From Chiloscyllium plagiosum (Eukaryota), in the NCBI RefSeq assembly GCF_004010195.1, contig NC_057752.1, positions 1,805,976 to 1,869,975 of the forward strand: a stretch of DNA of 64,000 bases. Reading direction: 5' to 3'. This document shows, in pieces, positions 22,125 to 32,877 of the stretch (its first letter is position 1; each line of letters begins with the position of its first letter). A program made the translations under genes and the position numbers. Below the pieces are notes generated by a model that saw nothing but the letters and a program-made list of their open reading frames with translations, was not told the origin of the DNA and made no database searches.

Positions 22125-23035
22125 TAAGGTGCTCAGCAGTAGCAGTTCTGCCTTGAAGTCACAATGTTGTAGGTTCAAGTCTGTTCTGCTGATTCGAATA
22201 CATGCCTGCTCTACCACTGACAGCACTGAGGTGCTCAGGGAGTGCTGCACTGTCAAGAGATACTCTTTATTTTTAGGCAAGAGGTGGAATCAAATTCCCA
22301 TTTGCCACATTCCATGCGTGGTTAAAGATCCTGTGGTGCTATTCTGAAAAATACACAGGTTCAATATTTGTATCTGAATCAATTGTAAAAGCAGATGTTT
22401 ATTTTTCACTTGTGGGATGTGGGTGTCACTGGCTGGGCCCAGCTTTTATTGCCCTGTCCCTAGTTGCCCCCTTGAGAAAGTGGGGGTGAGCTGCCTTCTT
22501 GAACCGCTGCAGTCCATGTGCTGTGGGTTGACCCACAGTGCCCTTAGGAAGGGAATTCCAGGATTTTGACCCAGTGACACTGAAGGAAGGCTGCTATATT
22601 TCCAAGTCAGGATGGTGAGTGGCTTGGAGGGGAACTTGCAGGGAATGGTGTTTCCCTGTATCTGCTGCCCTTGTCCTTCTAGATGGAAGTGGTCATGGGT
22701 TTGGAAGGTGCTGTCTGAGAATCTTCGGTGAATTACTGCAGCGCATCTTGTAGATGGTACACACTGCTGCTACTGAGCGTCGGTGGTGGAGGGAGTGGAA
22801 GCTTATGGATGTGGTGCCAATCCAGTGGGGGCTGCTTTGTCCTGGATGGTGTTGAGCTTCTTGAGTGTTGTTGTAGCTGCCCCCATCCAGGCAAGTGGGG
22901 AGTATTCCATCACACTCTTGCGGTGCCCAAATTGGCTGCCCTGTTTCCTACATTCATACAGTCACTATATTTCATTGGCTTGAAAGCACTTTGGGAAATC
23001 CTGGCATTATTCACTAGCCTATCTTTTTTCTCATG
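22125..23035 (+). mobile_element. Deu-domain SINE split by a minus-strand LINE insertion (22408-22915)
   Basis: 5' half GGGAGTGCTGCACTGTC...GTTAAAGATCCTGTGGTGCTATT. The 3' half resumes at about 22916 with CTTGCGGTGCCCAAATTGGCTGCCCTGTTTCCTACATT...AAAGCACTTTGGGA. Confidence 0.6.
22408..22915 (-). mobile_element. 5'-truncated copy of the LINE family at 2127-5126
   Basis: Reverse complement matches about 4615-5110 (GAATACTCCCCACTTGCCTGGATG...GGGCAATAAAAGCTGG). Confidence 0.85.
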
Positions 23036-23516
23036 AAGAAGTTCAATATAGTTCTTAGGGCTAAAGGGATCAAAGGTTATGGAGAGAAAGTGGGAACAGG
23101 GCACTGAGTTGGATGGTCAGCCATGATCATATTGAATGGTGGTGCAGGCTCGAAGGGCTGAATGGCCTCCTCCTGCTCCTAGTTTCTGTTTCTATGTCTC
23201 CTTGAGACTCCTAGCCCACCCCAGATGCCAAATCTGCTCCGAGTTCACGTTCTCTGAGAGAGTTTGGACAGTGCCATTCTTCTCCCTAACTCCTATTGGG
23301 ATGACATTGTGCATCATGGTGGATGATCCATGCCTGTTCCCTCGCTAATCGAGCTGGAGGACATTACACAGAGATAAGGAGTCTGGTGCACGTTCAAGGA
23401 TTGTAGCTGAAAGCAACCTAGGGAGACCTGAGGAAGATAGCAAGGGAGGGCAGACAGAAACCGAGGCAGTGTTCATCATTCTCAAAACAGGAAGTGTTGC
23501 TGCGGTGACCTTCCTT

Positions 23517-23700
23517 CATGCAAACTGAAACAAGATGGCCGCCACACCCGAAAGGCCAGCAGGAAAGGGGAGACAGACAAACTGATCTAATTGTTTCAAA
23601 GAAAGTGAAAGATGCACAAGCATTTGGGAAGACAAGTGTCTAATACCACAGGGATAAAAATACTCAAATCAAACATGCTGCATGCAGAGCATCTCATGCT
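23517..23700 (-). promoter_or_regulatory. RBFOX (U)GCAUG cluster in the intron downstream of alternative exon A
   Basis: Sense-strand GCATG at 23699-23695, TGCATG at 23686-23681, GCATG at 23678-23674 and TGCATG at 23522-23517. Confidence 0.55.
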
Positions 23701-24504
23701 AGTCTTGTTGTGCACACACCACACACACATTCAGGTGAGGGGCAAAAGGACAGCATCACAGAAATGAACTGAAGAGCATGGGTACCACACAGTGCAAACC
23801 ATTCCATTCCTGCCATCATTATAGAAACTAGGGGGAAATGGGAGGGTGGGGAGGTGGTGTAAGGATTATTCTCTGAGCACGTCACATTGAATATTTCAAC
23901 TGAGGCCTCGCCTCAGGATGTAAAGCGTTGGGCTGGAAGATTGAATCGGTTTGGGCTCTGGATTTACTTGGTAGATAGCCACCAACCCCAGCCCTCACCA
24001 AAAACAAAACCCTCTTGATATTATTGAGTTCAAAGCCTTGTGGCACCAAGCATTGAATTGAGGAGGTCTCGGGAAAGTGAGGCAAGGTCTGGTGACCCAA
24101 CACAAGGTTGATCGAAGAAGCAAAGCAGAGACTCAAAGGAGCTGCAAGCAGCAGTTTTACAGGCCGAAGCAAGCTGGCCCCACCTGAGTTGGAGCATCTT
24201 TGAGTCTCATTGGAATGTGGGCTGGATGAGCTTCACTTGTTGTCAACTGTTTGACACTCACCCAGTTGTTCAGTGTGACTGGCTTGTTCATCATTTCAAA
24301 GGGAGGTTGCAAAATGTGCTTAGTATAAGGAACAACGCCAGTTCTATGTCAATACTTGAGACTTATTGATAATCCTTACACACCTCCAACATCCAAGCGC
24401 TCGGTGCCCGTGCAGAAACACACACTATATCCCACTGGCACTACCACAGCAACCTTGGACTGGGCACAGGCCTGTTGCTACAATTACCGCTGCAGATGCC
24501 AGCA

Positions 24505-24615
24505 TTATGCTTCGGTGGCCTGTTTCTCCTGGTCGGAAGGCTGGGTTTGAAGATGAGCCCTGTGATATTCAGTTTCATACTGAGATTCTTTGTTCGTTCT
24601 CTTGAAGAAACCGCA
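24505..24615 (-). CDS. ITGA7: Integrin alpha alternative cassette exon (full exon 24615-24488, 128 nt), A-type tail CGFFKRTNKESQYETEYHRAHLQTQPSDQEKQATEA*
   Basis: Acceptor TTGCTTCCTTGTAG, GFFKR, A-tail signature YHxA...QPS, TAA at 24507-24505, donor GCG|GTAATT 17 nt after the stop. Absent from the ORF track. Confidence 0.9.
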   Translation of the reverse strand, partial: CGFFKRTNKESQYETEYHRAHLQTQPSDQEKQATEA

Positions 24616-25389
24616 CTACAAGGAAGCAATGTTTGTCCAGCGTTACGACAGGTCAAGCAAATTGGGACGGGTGAAGGTGGCACCCGCATCGGGGTTGGGG
24701 TGGTGGGGGGGGTCGTGGGTGTGTGCCAGGGTTCAGGAATGCAGCCAAGGGATGAGAAATCAGAAGGCTATGCAACCCCTCTTGGTGCACTGTCTTTAGG
24801 TCAGAGGCCTGAGGGAGGCCATGTTTTTTACTGGTTTCAACAATGCAGATTATTTATTGCTGCATATTGGCATTCTTACGTCAATGTGACAGTCGGTTCC
24901 CTCCATCCTGTAAAGCGTTTGGCAGGAATTTCTGAACCCAGCAGGCACCCATGCCAACATCTTAAGCCACTGAGTTTGCCCCTTATTTGACACGATACAG
25001 GATGACCCTTCCAGTCCATTTTGCAAGCATCACCCTCCTTCATAACCACTGATAGAGATTTTCACCAATCTCTGGAGAAAGTTCCCTCTGTGTGTTCGAC
25101 GGTGTAAAATTCCACTTACAACGAATGATTTTGCAATTCCCACACAGCGAAGCGAGGAAGTTTAACCCTTCACTGTTCAAGAATTGCAACTGCATGTTAA
25201 ATACATGTGAAACTGAAGTTTGTAGTTCAGCAAACTGATTTGTTGACCTTACTTCCAAACTTATCACAAGGTCACAGCAAATTGTAACCAAACATTTACC
25301 AGTCTCATGCCCCAGGCCGTGCAAGTCAAAGACTGGGCAACAATACCAAAGTGAAAAGTTTCACCTTGGCGCTCTCTTGGTGCCAAGCT

Positions 25390-25745
25390 CCCCACTCGGA
25401 GAACAGGGATAGAGTACTAAAAGCAAGGAAGTTACGATCAATCAGGAGAAAACACTGGGTTGGACTTGGTTGGAGTATTGCAACTAGTTTTGGGCATCTA
25501 CACTTTAGGCAGAATGTGAAGACACCAGAGACGGTACAGCATGGATTCGAGAGAATGGTCTCAAGGATGGGGAGTTTCAGTTACGTCGGTAGTCTGAAGA
25601 AATTGGGGCGATTTGTCTTTGCGAAGGTGAAGAGGAGATTGGATCGAGGTGTTCAAAATCACAAGGGGTCTGGACGGAGGGGACAGGGAGAAACTGTTCT
25701 CAGTGGTGGAAGGATCAAGAAGTAGAGGGCAGAGATTTAAAGTCC
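25390..25745 (+). mobile_element. Old CR1 LINE fragment
   Basis: FERMVSRMGSFSY..LKKLG and FKITRGLDGGDREKLF..VEGSRSRG.RFK. Confidence 0.75.
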
Positions 25746-26704
25746 AGAGTCAATGTTGGGAACTCCCAGGGCAACTGCTTCCTGATTGGATGCAATGGTG
25801 CCACCCCCTGTGCCAACGGGATAGGATATGCCCAGGGATGGTGATGGTGTTGTGTGGGGCATTGTCAATAAGGTATTAATCTTGCAGAGTGTGCCATGAC
25901 TGAGTCCTTCAGTATATTCAAGGTTGGGAGAGACAGATGTTTAATCCGTATGGGAATTGAGGGTCGTGGGAAAACAGTAGGAAAGTGGAGTTGAGGACTG
26001 TCATATCAGCTGTGATCTCATTGAAGGATGGAGCAGACTCAATGGGCTGAATGGCCATCTCCTGCTTCCACGTCTTATGGTCCCATGCTTCCATGAGTAT
26101 GACGATGTCAAAGCTGTTGCTGTGAGACATTGAGTTCCATTGAGAATCCCAAATGTCAGTGCATGTCCTGCCTTTGTTGATGCCTTATGTAAGTTGATGC
26201 CAGGCTTTATGCTTGATCACCCTTCCACAGGGTAACTGGGAATGGTCAGCAATGTTAACATGGTTCGTACCTCAACAAATAAAACAAATACTCTTTCCAC
26301 CGATCTTTAACACCTGAGAAAGATCAGTGGGAAGAATTCAATTTCAGCACTGTGCGACCTAATAAAGTTCATCTGCTGGTGTCTAAAGATGGAAATACAT
26401 CGATCAATAGAACCACAAAAATCGACTGCCACACCCCAGTATAATCGAGCAGAAATAGCATCAGGTTGAGTTCATTCCCAGCGCTTGGGACAAACATTTA
26501 TAATTGTGCCAAATGTAAATGAGACCAGTGGTTTTATTTTGTTGGAACAGTACATCAAAGTCAAGCAGGTAACTGCAAAAACAAAACATTTTAATATATG
26601 TTTCAACCCGACAGGGCAAGCAACAAAGTCAAAAGTGGTCTGAATTGATTTAAATCAAAGCCCTGCAGTTAAGGAGTGATCTTTTCTATCAGATCCACAC
26701 TTAC

Positions 26705-26830
26705 CTTCCAAAGGAGAAGCACAAGGAGAGCCAACACTAGGATCCCTGCCAGGACAGCAATGAGTATAATCAACCAGGGCGCTCCGACATATCCCACACT
26801 CGTCTTCTCTGGGTATATTTGTATGGTAAA
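26705..26830 (-). CDS. ITGA7: Integrin alpha transmembrane exon FTIQIYPEKTSVGYVGAPWLIILIAVLAGILVLALLVLLLWK
   Basis: Acceptor CTCTTTAATCTCTCCAG, donor AAG|GTAAGT, 126 nt, phase 0. Integrin TM pattern PWxII.AVLAG.L.LALLV..LWK. Absent from the ORF track. Confidence 0.93.
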
Positions 26831-27661
26831 CTGGAGAGATTAAAGAGGAGACCAGTTATTGTAAATACGTGCTCGCACAATCAGAATCCAGCTTGCCATA
26901 TTCTGCTTCTGTGTGTTAGGTCACCAAAACAGTCTCTGGAAACGCCGCAGGACGACCTGGTCACAGATACTGATCACAGCAGCCACCTTGCCATTTCTTG
27001 TCCTCCAGCTCAGGAGGACACTGCAGCTGGAGGTCCTTACACCTGCAGTACCTTCTTATCTCCACAAGGGCATTTCTGACGGTGGGGCAAAAGTGGAAGA
27101 GGAGGAGGTGAGGGATGAGGGGAAGGTGTGGGGGACTTGTGGAGGTGTGAGGAAGGAGGGGCAACAACTGACGGATGGCGATCAGTGAGCTGCTGAAGCT
27201 TGAGAAAGCTTTCCTAGCTCCCCATTGAAAAGCAGGGGAAGTGAGGGGAAAGCTGGCTTCACTTCTTAAAATTGGCCTTTTCTTGCGGTTACATTTTCAG
27301 TATGTCTTGCCAAGCTCATGGCTGGTGGCCCAAGGAGATGAATTTCTGATGATCTGTGTTTCAACCCTTGAAAGCCTTATTGGCGGCGATGCTATGGCAC
27401 ATGTTCCCATAAGACAGTGCATCACGAGTAGGCCATTCAGCCCATCAAGAGTCCTCCACCATTCAATGAGATCACGGCTGATTGGATCATCCTCAACTCC
27501 ACTTTCCTGCCTTTTTCCCATTAACCCTTGATTCCCTCACTGATTGTTGTCCTAGCATAGCGTCAGACAGCCCTGTGGCCCTGCCTTGAAATATTCCAAA
27601 ATATGGCAATAGATTGTGTTGAAGCCTTGAGTAAAGGTGAAATTGGGAATGGTGTCAGTAC

Positions 27662-27760
27662 CTCAGCAGCAGCTTCCTTCACCTTCAGGTTTCGGATGCT
27701 TGACTTCACGCTGATGTTCGCACGGATGGTCAGCTTGATGGAACTGTATGAAGCATATTC
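27662..27760 (-). CDS. ITGA7: Integrin alpha calf-2 exon EYASYSSIKLTIRANISVKSSIRNLKVKEAAAE
   Basis: Acceptor AATTTCAG, donor GAG|GTACTG, 99 nt, phase 0. RANISVKSSIRNL closely resembles recalled mammalian ITGA7 RANITVKSSIKNL. Confidence 0.88.
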
Positions 27761-28121
27761 CTGAAATTTTAACAAGAGGGTTTTTTTTCCGATAAAGCCA
27801 GTTCATCATGTCCCCCTTCCCCAGTCCATGCACTCCTGACTACGATCAGCAGGCTGAGGTATAGTATTCACAGCCCCACAACTTCAGACACCTGAAGTTG
27901 TTTGAAGATGGGCTTTTAGTCGCTCAGCAGCTCACTACCCTGCACCCTGGAGCTGCCCAGTCAGGTGACCTCCAACACATATACAGGGACACCTCACACA
28001 AAGAGGGTCACACTCAGCAATCGGAACATGGCCGCCATTTTCTCTCTTGAGCCCCTCAGAGCAACGGAGGTCAGCAGCCCTGTACACAGTAGGATGTGTA
28101 CAAGTTCCTTTTTTTAAAATT

Positions 28122-28704
28122 ATTCAGGGGACATGGGCGTCACTGGCTGGGCCCAGCCTTTATTGCCCCGTCCCTAGTTGCCCCTTGAGAAGGTGGGGGG
28201 TGAGCTGCCTTGTTAAACCGCTGCAGTTCACCAGCTGTGGGTTGACCCACAATGCCTTCAGGGAGGGAATTCCAGATGGTCATTGCCTGGCATTTATGTG
28301 GCATGAATGTTACTTGCCACTTTTCAGCCCAAGTCTGGATATTGTCAAAATCTTGTTGCATTTGAACATGAACTGCTTCAGTATCTGAGGTGCTGAACAC
28401 TGTGCAATCGTCAGCAAATGTCCCCACCTCTGACCTTATGATGGAGGGAAGGTCATTGATGAAGCAGCTGAAGATGGTTGGGCCTAGGACACTACCCTGA
28501 GGGAGTCCTGCCGAGATGTCGGGAGCTGAGGTGACTGACCTCCAACAACCATGACCTTTGTGCCAGGTATGACTCCAACCAGCGGAGAGTTTGCTTCCAA
28601 AACCCATTGATTCCAGTTTTGCCAGGGCTCCTTGATGCCACTCCCCTCTGGAATTCAGCTCTTTTGTCCATGTTTGAACCAAGGCTGTAATGAGGTCAGG
28701 AGCT
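28122..28704 (-). mobile_element. Internally deleted copy of the LINE family at 2127-5126 (RT core spliced to 3' end)
   Basis: ORF 28140-28736: TALVQTWTKELN..., GLPQGSVLGP, FADD, then a jump to WNSLP...FNKAAH. Confidence 0.85.
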
Positions 28705-29091
28705 GGGTCACTTAAATGCCCTTGGCTCTTGCCCAATAAGGTGCCTTAAGTTCAACCCCAAAGAAGGTTTACCCGAATGATATGATGCTTCAGATTTGAC
28801 AATGTCATGTCAAGGAGGAATACAAGAGGACAGTAGTCGGCTCCTCATGCCTGTTCTGCCCTTCAAACTGGATCTTGAGTGATTTTTCACCTACCCACCT
28901 TGATGCTGTAACCTTCAATAATAACAATTTTGGCCAGTTTTAAACTGTAGCATTATGGTCACCAGGAATTTGATTGAAGCTCGTCCAACTCTACTCCCTT
29001 GATGAACCTCACCAATAGCAGAGCTAAAGCCCTCACTTCCATCAAACTGCCATTAAGTAAATCTCATCACACAACTGGTGGGATAGCTCAC

Positions 29092-29205
29092 CTCCAGAAA
29101 GGTGCTGTTCCACAGTCGAGCACCTATTTTCATTCGGGTTGTTGTGTTGAGAATTTGGAGAGGACACTGGAAGTCAACACATCTGGCAGTGCCCAGTTCA
29201 CAGTC
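29092..29205 (-). CDS. ITGA7: Integrin alpha calf-2 exon DCELGTARCVDFQCPLQILNTTTRMKIGARLWNSTFLE
   Basis: Acceptor TTTCCCCACAG, donor GAG|GTGAGC, 114 nt, phase 0. Conserved C..C.CP and RLWNSTFLE of alpha-6/7. Confidence 0.93.
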
Positions 29206-29564
29206 CTGTGGGGAAATGATGTTCAAGATTAGAGTCCAAATCAATTTGCAAATGGAGGATATGTGACATTTAATCCTGGGTATTCTAATGGAACAACTGT
29301 GTGCATTTGGCATCGCTCTAAGGAGTCTTGGGTTAATCCTTGGACAACTTGACCATCCTGCCTGCTCATGTCGTGCCATGCAACATTTGCAGAGCTGAGA
29401 TGGAGAAATGGGAACAAGGCGTGAGCAAGGCCAATCAAAACCAGCAGCGTAGAATTTCCAGCAGTAACTGGTGACAGGGCTCTCCTCATGTCAGGACAGT
29501 TCTGTAATCGCCAAACAAGGAAACAAACTCAGGAGAGGGATTTCACATTTCAATTGAAACCCAT

Positions 29565-29830
29565 TCCTAATCCCCGACCCTCCATCAAAGACCATCCCTC
29601 TAACCCCCTGACCCTCCATCGAAGACCATCCCTCTAACCCCCTGACCCTCCATCGAAGACCATCCCTCTAATCCCTAACTCTCCATCGAAGACCATCCCT
29701 CTAATCCCTAACTCTCCATCGAAGACCATCCCTCTAACCCCCTAACTCTCCATCGAAGACCATCCCTCTAATCCCCTGACCCTCCATCGAAGACCATCCC
29801 TCTCATCCCTTAAATTTCCATTGAGGACCA
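29565..29830. repeat. Minisatellite, about 8 copies of a 33-34-bp unit (TCCATCGAAGACCATCCCTCTAA...)
   Basis: TCCAT starts at 29581, 29615, 29649, 29682, 29715, 29749, 29783, 29817. Confidence 0.95.
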
Positions 29831-29984
29831 TTTCTCTTGTCTCTTGACTCTCCATCAAAGCTTACCTCTCTGGTTCTGTGAATTGCCCAATAATCCCCTT
29901 CCCTCCTGTACCTTGACTGTCCAATCTAGAAGGGAACGTTACCCCCTGCAACTTCCCCTCTCAGCCATTCATAATCTCGACTGG

Positions 29985-30190
29985 GATAAAAATTGGCGTT
30001 TCTTCACTGTCGCTGGGTAAATATCCTGGAATTCCCTCTCTCATGGGATTGTGGGTCTACCTACAGCACATGGACTGCAGAAGTTCAAGAAGGCAGCTCA
30101 GCCCCACCTTCTCAAGGGGGGCAACTAGGGACGGGGCAATAAATGCTGGGCCCAGCCAGTGATGAGCACATCCCAAGAATGAATACAAAA
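29985..30190 (+). mobile_element. 3' end of the LINE family at 2127-5126
   Basis: CCTGGAATTCCCTC...GGACTGCAG..GTTCAAGAAGGCAGCTCA...GGGCAATAAATGCTGG. Confidence 0.8.
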
Positions 30191-30374
30191 TAAGAACCAG
30201 TTTCTGCCAAAACAGGGCTGATTAAAGTGGTCTTTGAATCAGGAAAGCACAGAAGAAGGCTATTCGGCCCCTTAATCCATGCCAGCCCTCTGAGAAGCAA
30301 TCCAATCAGTCTCATTCTCCCACTGTATCCCTGGAGGAAGTTTGTTTCCCTGAGGTTCATCCGATTTCGAAAGC

Positions 30375-32265
30375 TGATTGGGGGCAGATGGTCGCAGGTA
30401 AAGGGACGGCTGGAAAATGGGAAGCCTTCAGAAATGAGATAACAAGAATCCAGAGAAAGTATATTCCTGTCAGGGTGAAAGGGAAGGCTGGTAGGTAGAG
30501 GGAATGCTGGATGACTAAAGAAATTGAGGGTTTGGTTAAGAAAAAGAAGGAAGCCTATGTCAGGTATAGACAGGATAGATCGAGTGAATCTTTAGAAGAG
30601 TATAAAGGCAGTAGGAGTCTACTTCAGAAGGAAATCAGGAGGGCAAAAAGGGGACATGAGATAGCTTTGGCAAATAGAATTAAGGAGAATCCAAAGGGGT
30701 TTTACAAATACGTTACGGACAAAAGGGTAACTAAGGAGAGAATAGAGCCCCTCAAAGATCAGCAAGGCGGCCTTTGTGTGGAGCCACAGGAAATGGGGGA
30801 GATACTTAAACGAGTATTTTGCATCAGTATTTACTGTGGAAAAGGATATGGAAGATATAGACTGTAGGGAAATAGATGGTGACATCTTGCAAAATGTCCA
30901 TATTACAGAGGAGGAAGTGCTGGATGTCTTGAAACTGTTAAAGGTGGATAAATCCCCAGGACCTGATCAGGTGTACCCGAGAACTCTGTGGGAAGCTAGA
31001 GAAGTGATTGCTGGGCCTCTTGCTGAGATATTTGTATCGTCGATAGTCACAGGTGAGATGCCAGAAGACTGGAGGTTGGCTAATGTGNNNNNNNNNNNNN
31101 NNNNNNNNNNNNNNNNNNNNNNNNNNNNNNNNNNNNNNNNNNNNNNNNNNNNNNNNNNNNNNNNNNNNNNNNNNNNNNNNNNNNNNNNNNNNNNNNNNNN
31201 NNNNNNNNNNNNNNNNNNNNNNNNNNNNNNNNNNNNNNNNNNNNNNNNNNNNNNNNNNNNNNNNNNNNNNNNNNNNNNNNNNNNNNNNNNNNNNNNNNNN
31301 NNNNNNNNNNNNNNNNNNNNNNNNNNNNNNNNNNNNNNNNNNNNNNNNNNNNNNNNNNNNNNNNNNNNNNNNNNNNNNNNNNNNNNNNNNNNNNNNNNNN
31401 NNNNNNNNNNNNNNNNNNNNNNNNNNNNNNNNNNNNNNNNNNNNNNNNNNNNNNNNNNNNNNNNNNNNNNNNNNNNNNNNNNNNNNNNNNNNNNNNNNNN
31501 NNNNNNNNNNNNNNNNNNNNNNNNNNNNNNNNNNNNNNNNNNNNNNNNNNNNNNNNNNNNNNNNNNNNNNNNNNNNNNNNNNNNNNNNNNNNNNNNNNNN
31601 NNNNNNNNNNNNNNNNNNNNNNNNNNNNNNNNNNNNNNNNNNNNNNNNNNNNNNNNNNNNNNNNNNNNNNNNNNNNNNNNNNNNNNNNNNNNNNNNNNNN
31701 NNNNNNNNNNNNNNNNNNNNNNNNNNNNNNNNNNNNNNNNNNNNNNNNNNNNNNNNNNNNNNNNNNNNNNNNNNNNNNNNNNNNNNNNNNNNNNNNNNNN
31801 NNNNNNNNNNNNNNNNNNNNNNNNNNNNNNNNNNNNNNNNNNNNNNNNNNNNNNNNNNNNNNNNNNNNNNNNNNNNNNNNNNNNNNNNNNNNNNNNNNNN
31901 NNNNNNNNNNNNNNNNNNNNNNNNNNNNNNNNNNNNNNNNNNNNNNNNNNNNNNNNNNNNNNNNNNNNNNNNNNNNNNNNNNNNNNNNNNNNNNNNNNNN
32001 NNNNNNNNNNNNNNNNNNNNNNNNNNNNNNNNNNNNNNNNNNNNNNNNNNNNNNNGTGTATTGAATGAGCTGCCAGAGGAAGTGGTGGAGGCTGGTACAA
32101 TTGCAACATTTAAGAGGCATGTGGATGGGTATATTAATAGGAAGGGTTTGGAGGTATATGGGCCGGGTGCTGGCAGGTGGGACTCGATTGGGTTGGGATA
32201 TCTGGTCGGCATGGACGGGTTGGACCGAAGGGTCTGTTTCTGTGCTGTCCATCTCTGTGACTCTA
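30375..32265 (+). mobile_element. Young CR1 (HER1-like) LINE, 5'-truncated, with a 968-N gap (31088-32055) across the RT
   Basis: WMTKEIEGLVKKKKEAY, IKENPKGFYKY, LNEYFASVFT, KVDKSPGPD, PEDWRLANV; 3' end NELPEEVVEAGTI.TFKRH and tail TTGGACCGAAGGGTCTGTTTC. Confidence 0.92.
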
Positions 32266-32470
32266 ATTTCCTTTTGAAGTCTGTGGAAGGGGTAAGTGCT
32301 CTGCCTATCTGCTGTATGGAGTGTTGTGAATGAACTGATGGGGAAACTGGGCTGGTTCCTGTGTCTTCCTTTGCTGGAAGCAGGTTTACCAGATTAACGG
32401 GCGGCGCCTGAAATATGCCAGGCCGGGCCTGTGGGCAGGAAGAGCGCGGTTGATATTTCAGGCCTGTTAC

Positions 32471-32578
32471 CAGGGTCAGAGTCTTCTTGCTTTCTGCCTG
32501 ATGAACTACTGATTGGTGTTGACCTCCGTTCTGTAACCTCTCAGGGCTCCACAACACTGGGTTATCCCCATCGCGTGG
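32471..32578 (-). CDS. ITGA7: Integrin alpha calf-2 loop exon PRDGDNPVLWSPERLQNGGQHQSVVHQAESKKTLTL (position of the heavy/light chain cleavage loop)
   Basis: Acceptor TTGTTTCTTCTGTATTGACAG, donor CTG|GTAACA, 108 nt, phase 0, open frame. Ends AESKKTLTL, like recalled ITGA7 AEKKKNITL and ITGA6 AERKYQTL just before the DC/NC exon. Confidence 0.75.
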
Positions 32579-32877
32579 CTGTCAATACAGAAGAAACAAT
32601 TCAAGCAATGCTGGTACAAAACACATTTCCGCATTCTTATTAAAGAAGAGAGAACTCCTCCAGCCACCCCCCCCCAAGAGGAAATGGCAGTGTCAAATCT
32701 TCCTTTCGGGAAGGGTTTGTGAAACGGTGACATTGTCCTTTCCTCTGGAAGTGTATCCCGTGATGAGTGATCACCCTGAAATATCCTCCCCAGCCGCGAG
32801 ACGGAATGGTCCAACGCAACATGAGACCGAGCAGCTTCAGCTCCGAAGTCCTGCCGATTTACCAGATCAAACAACCG

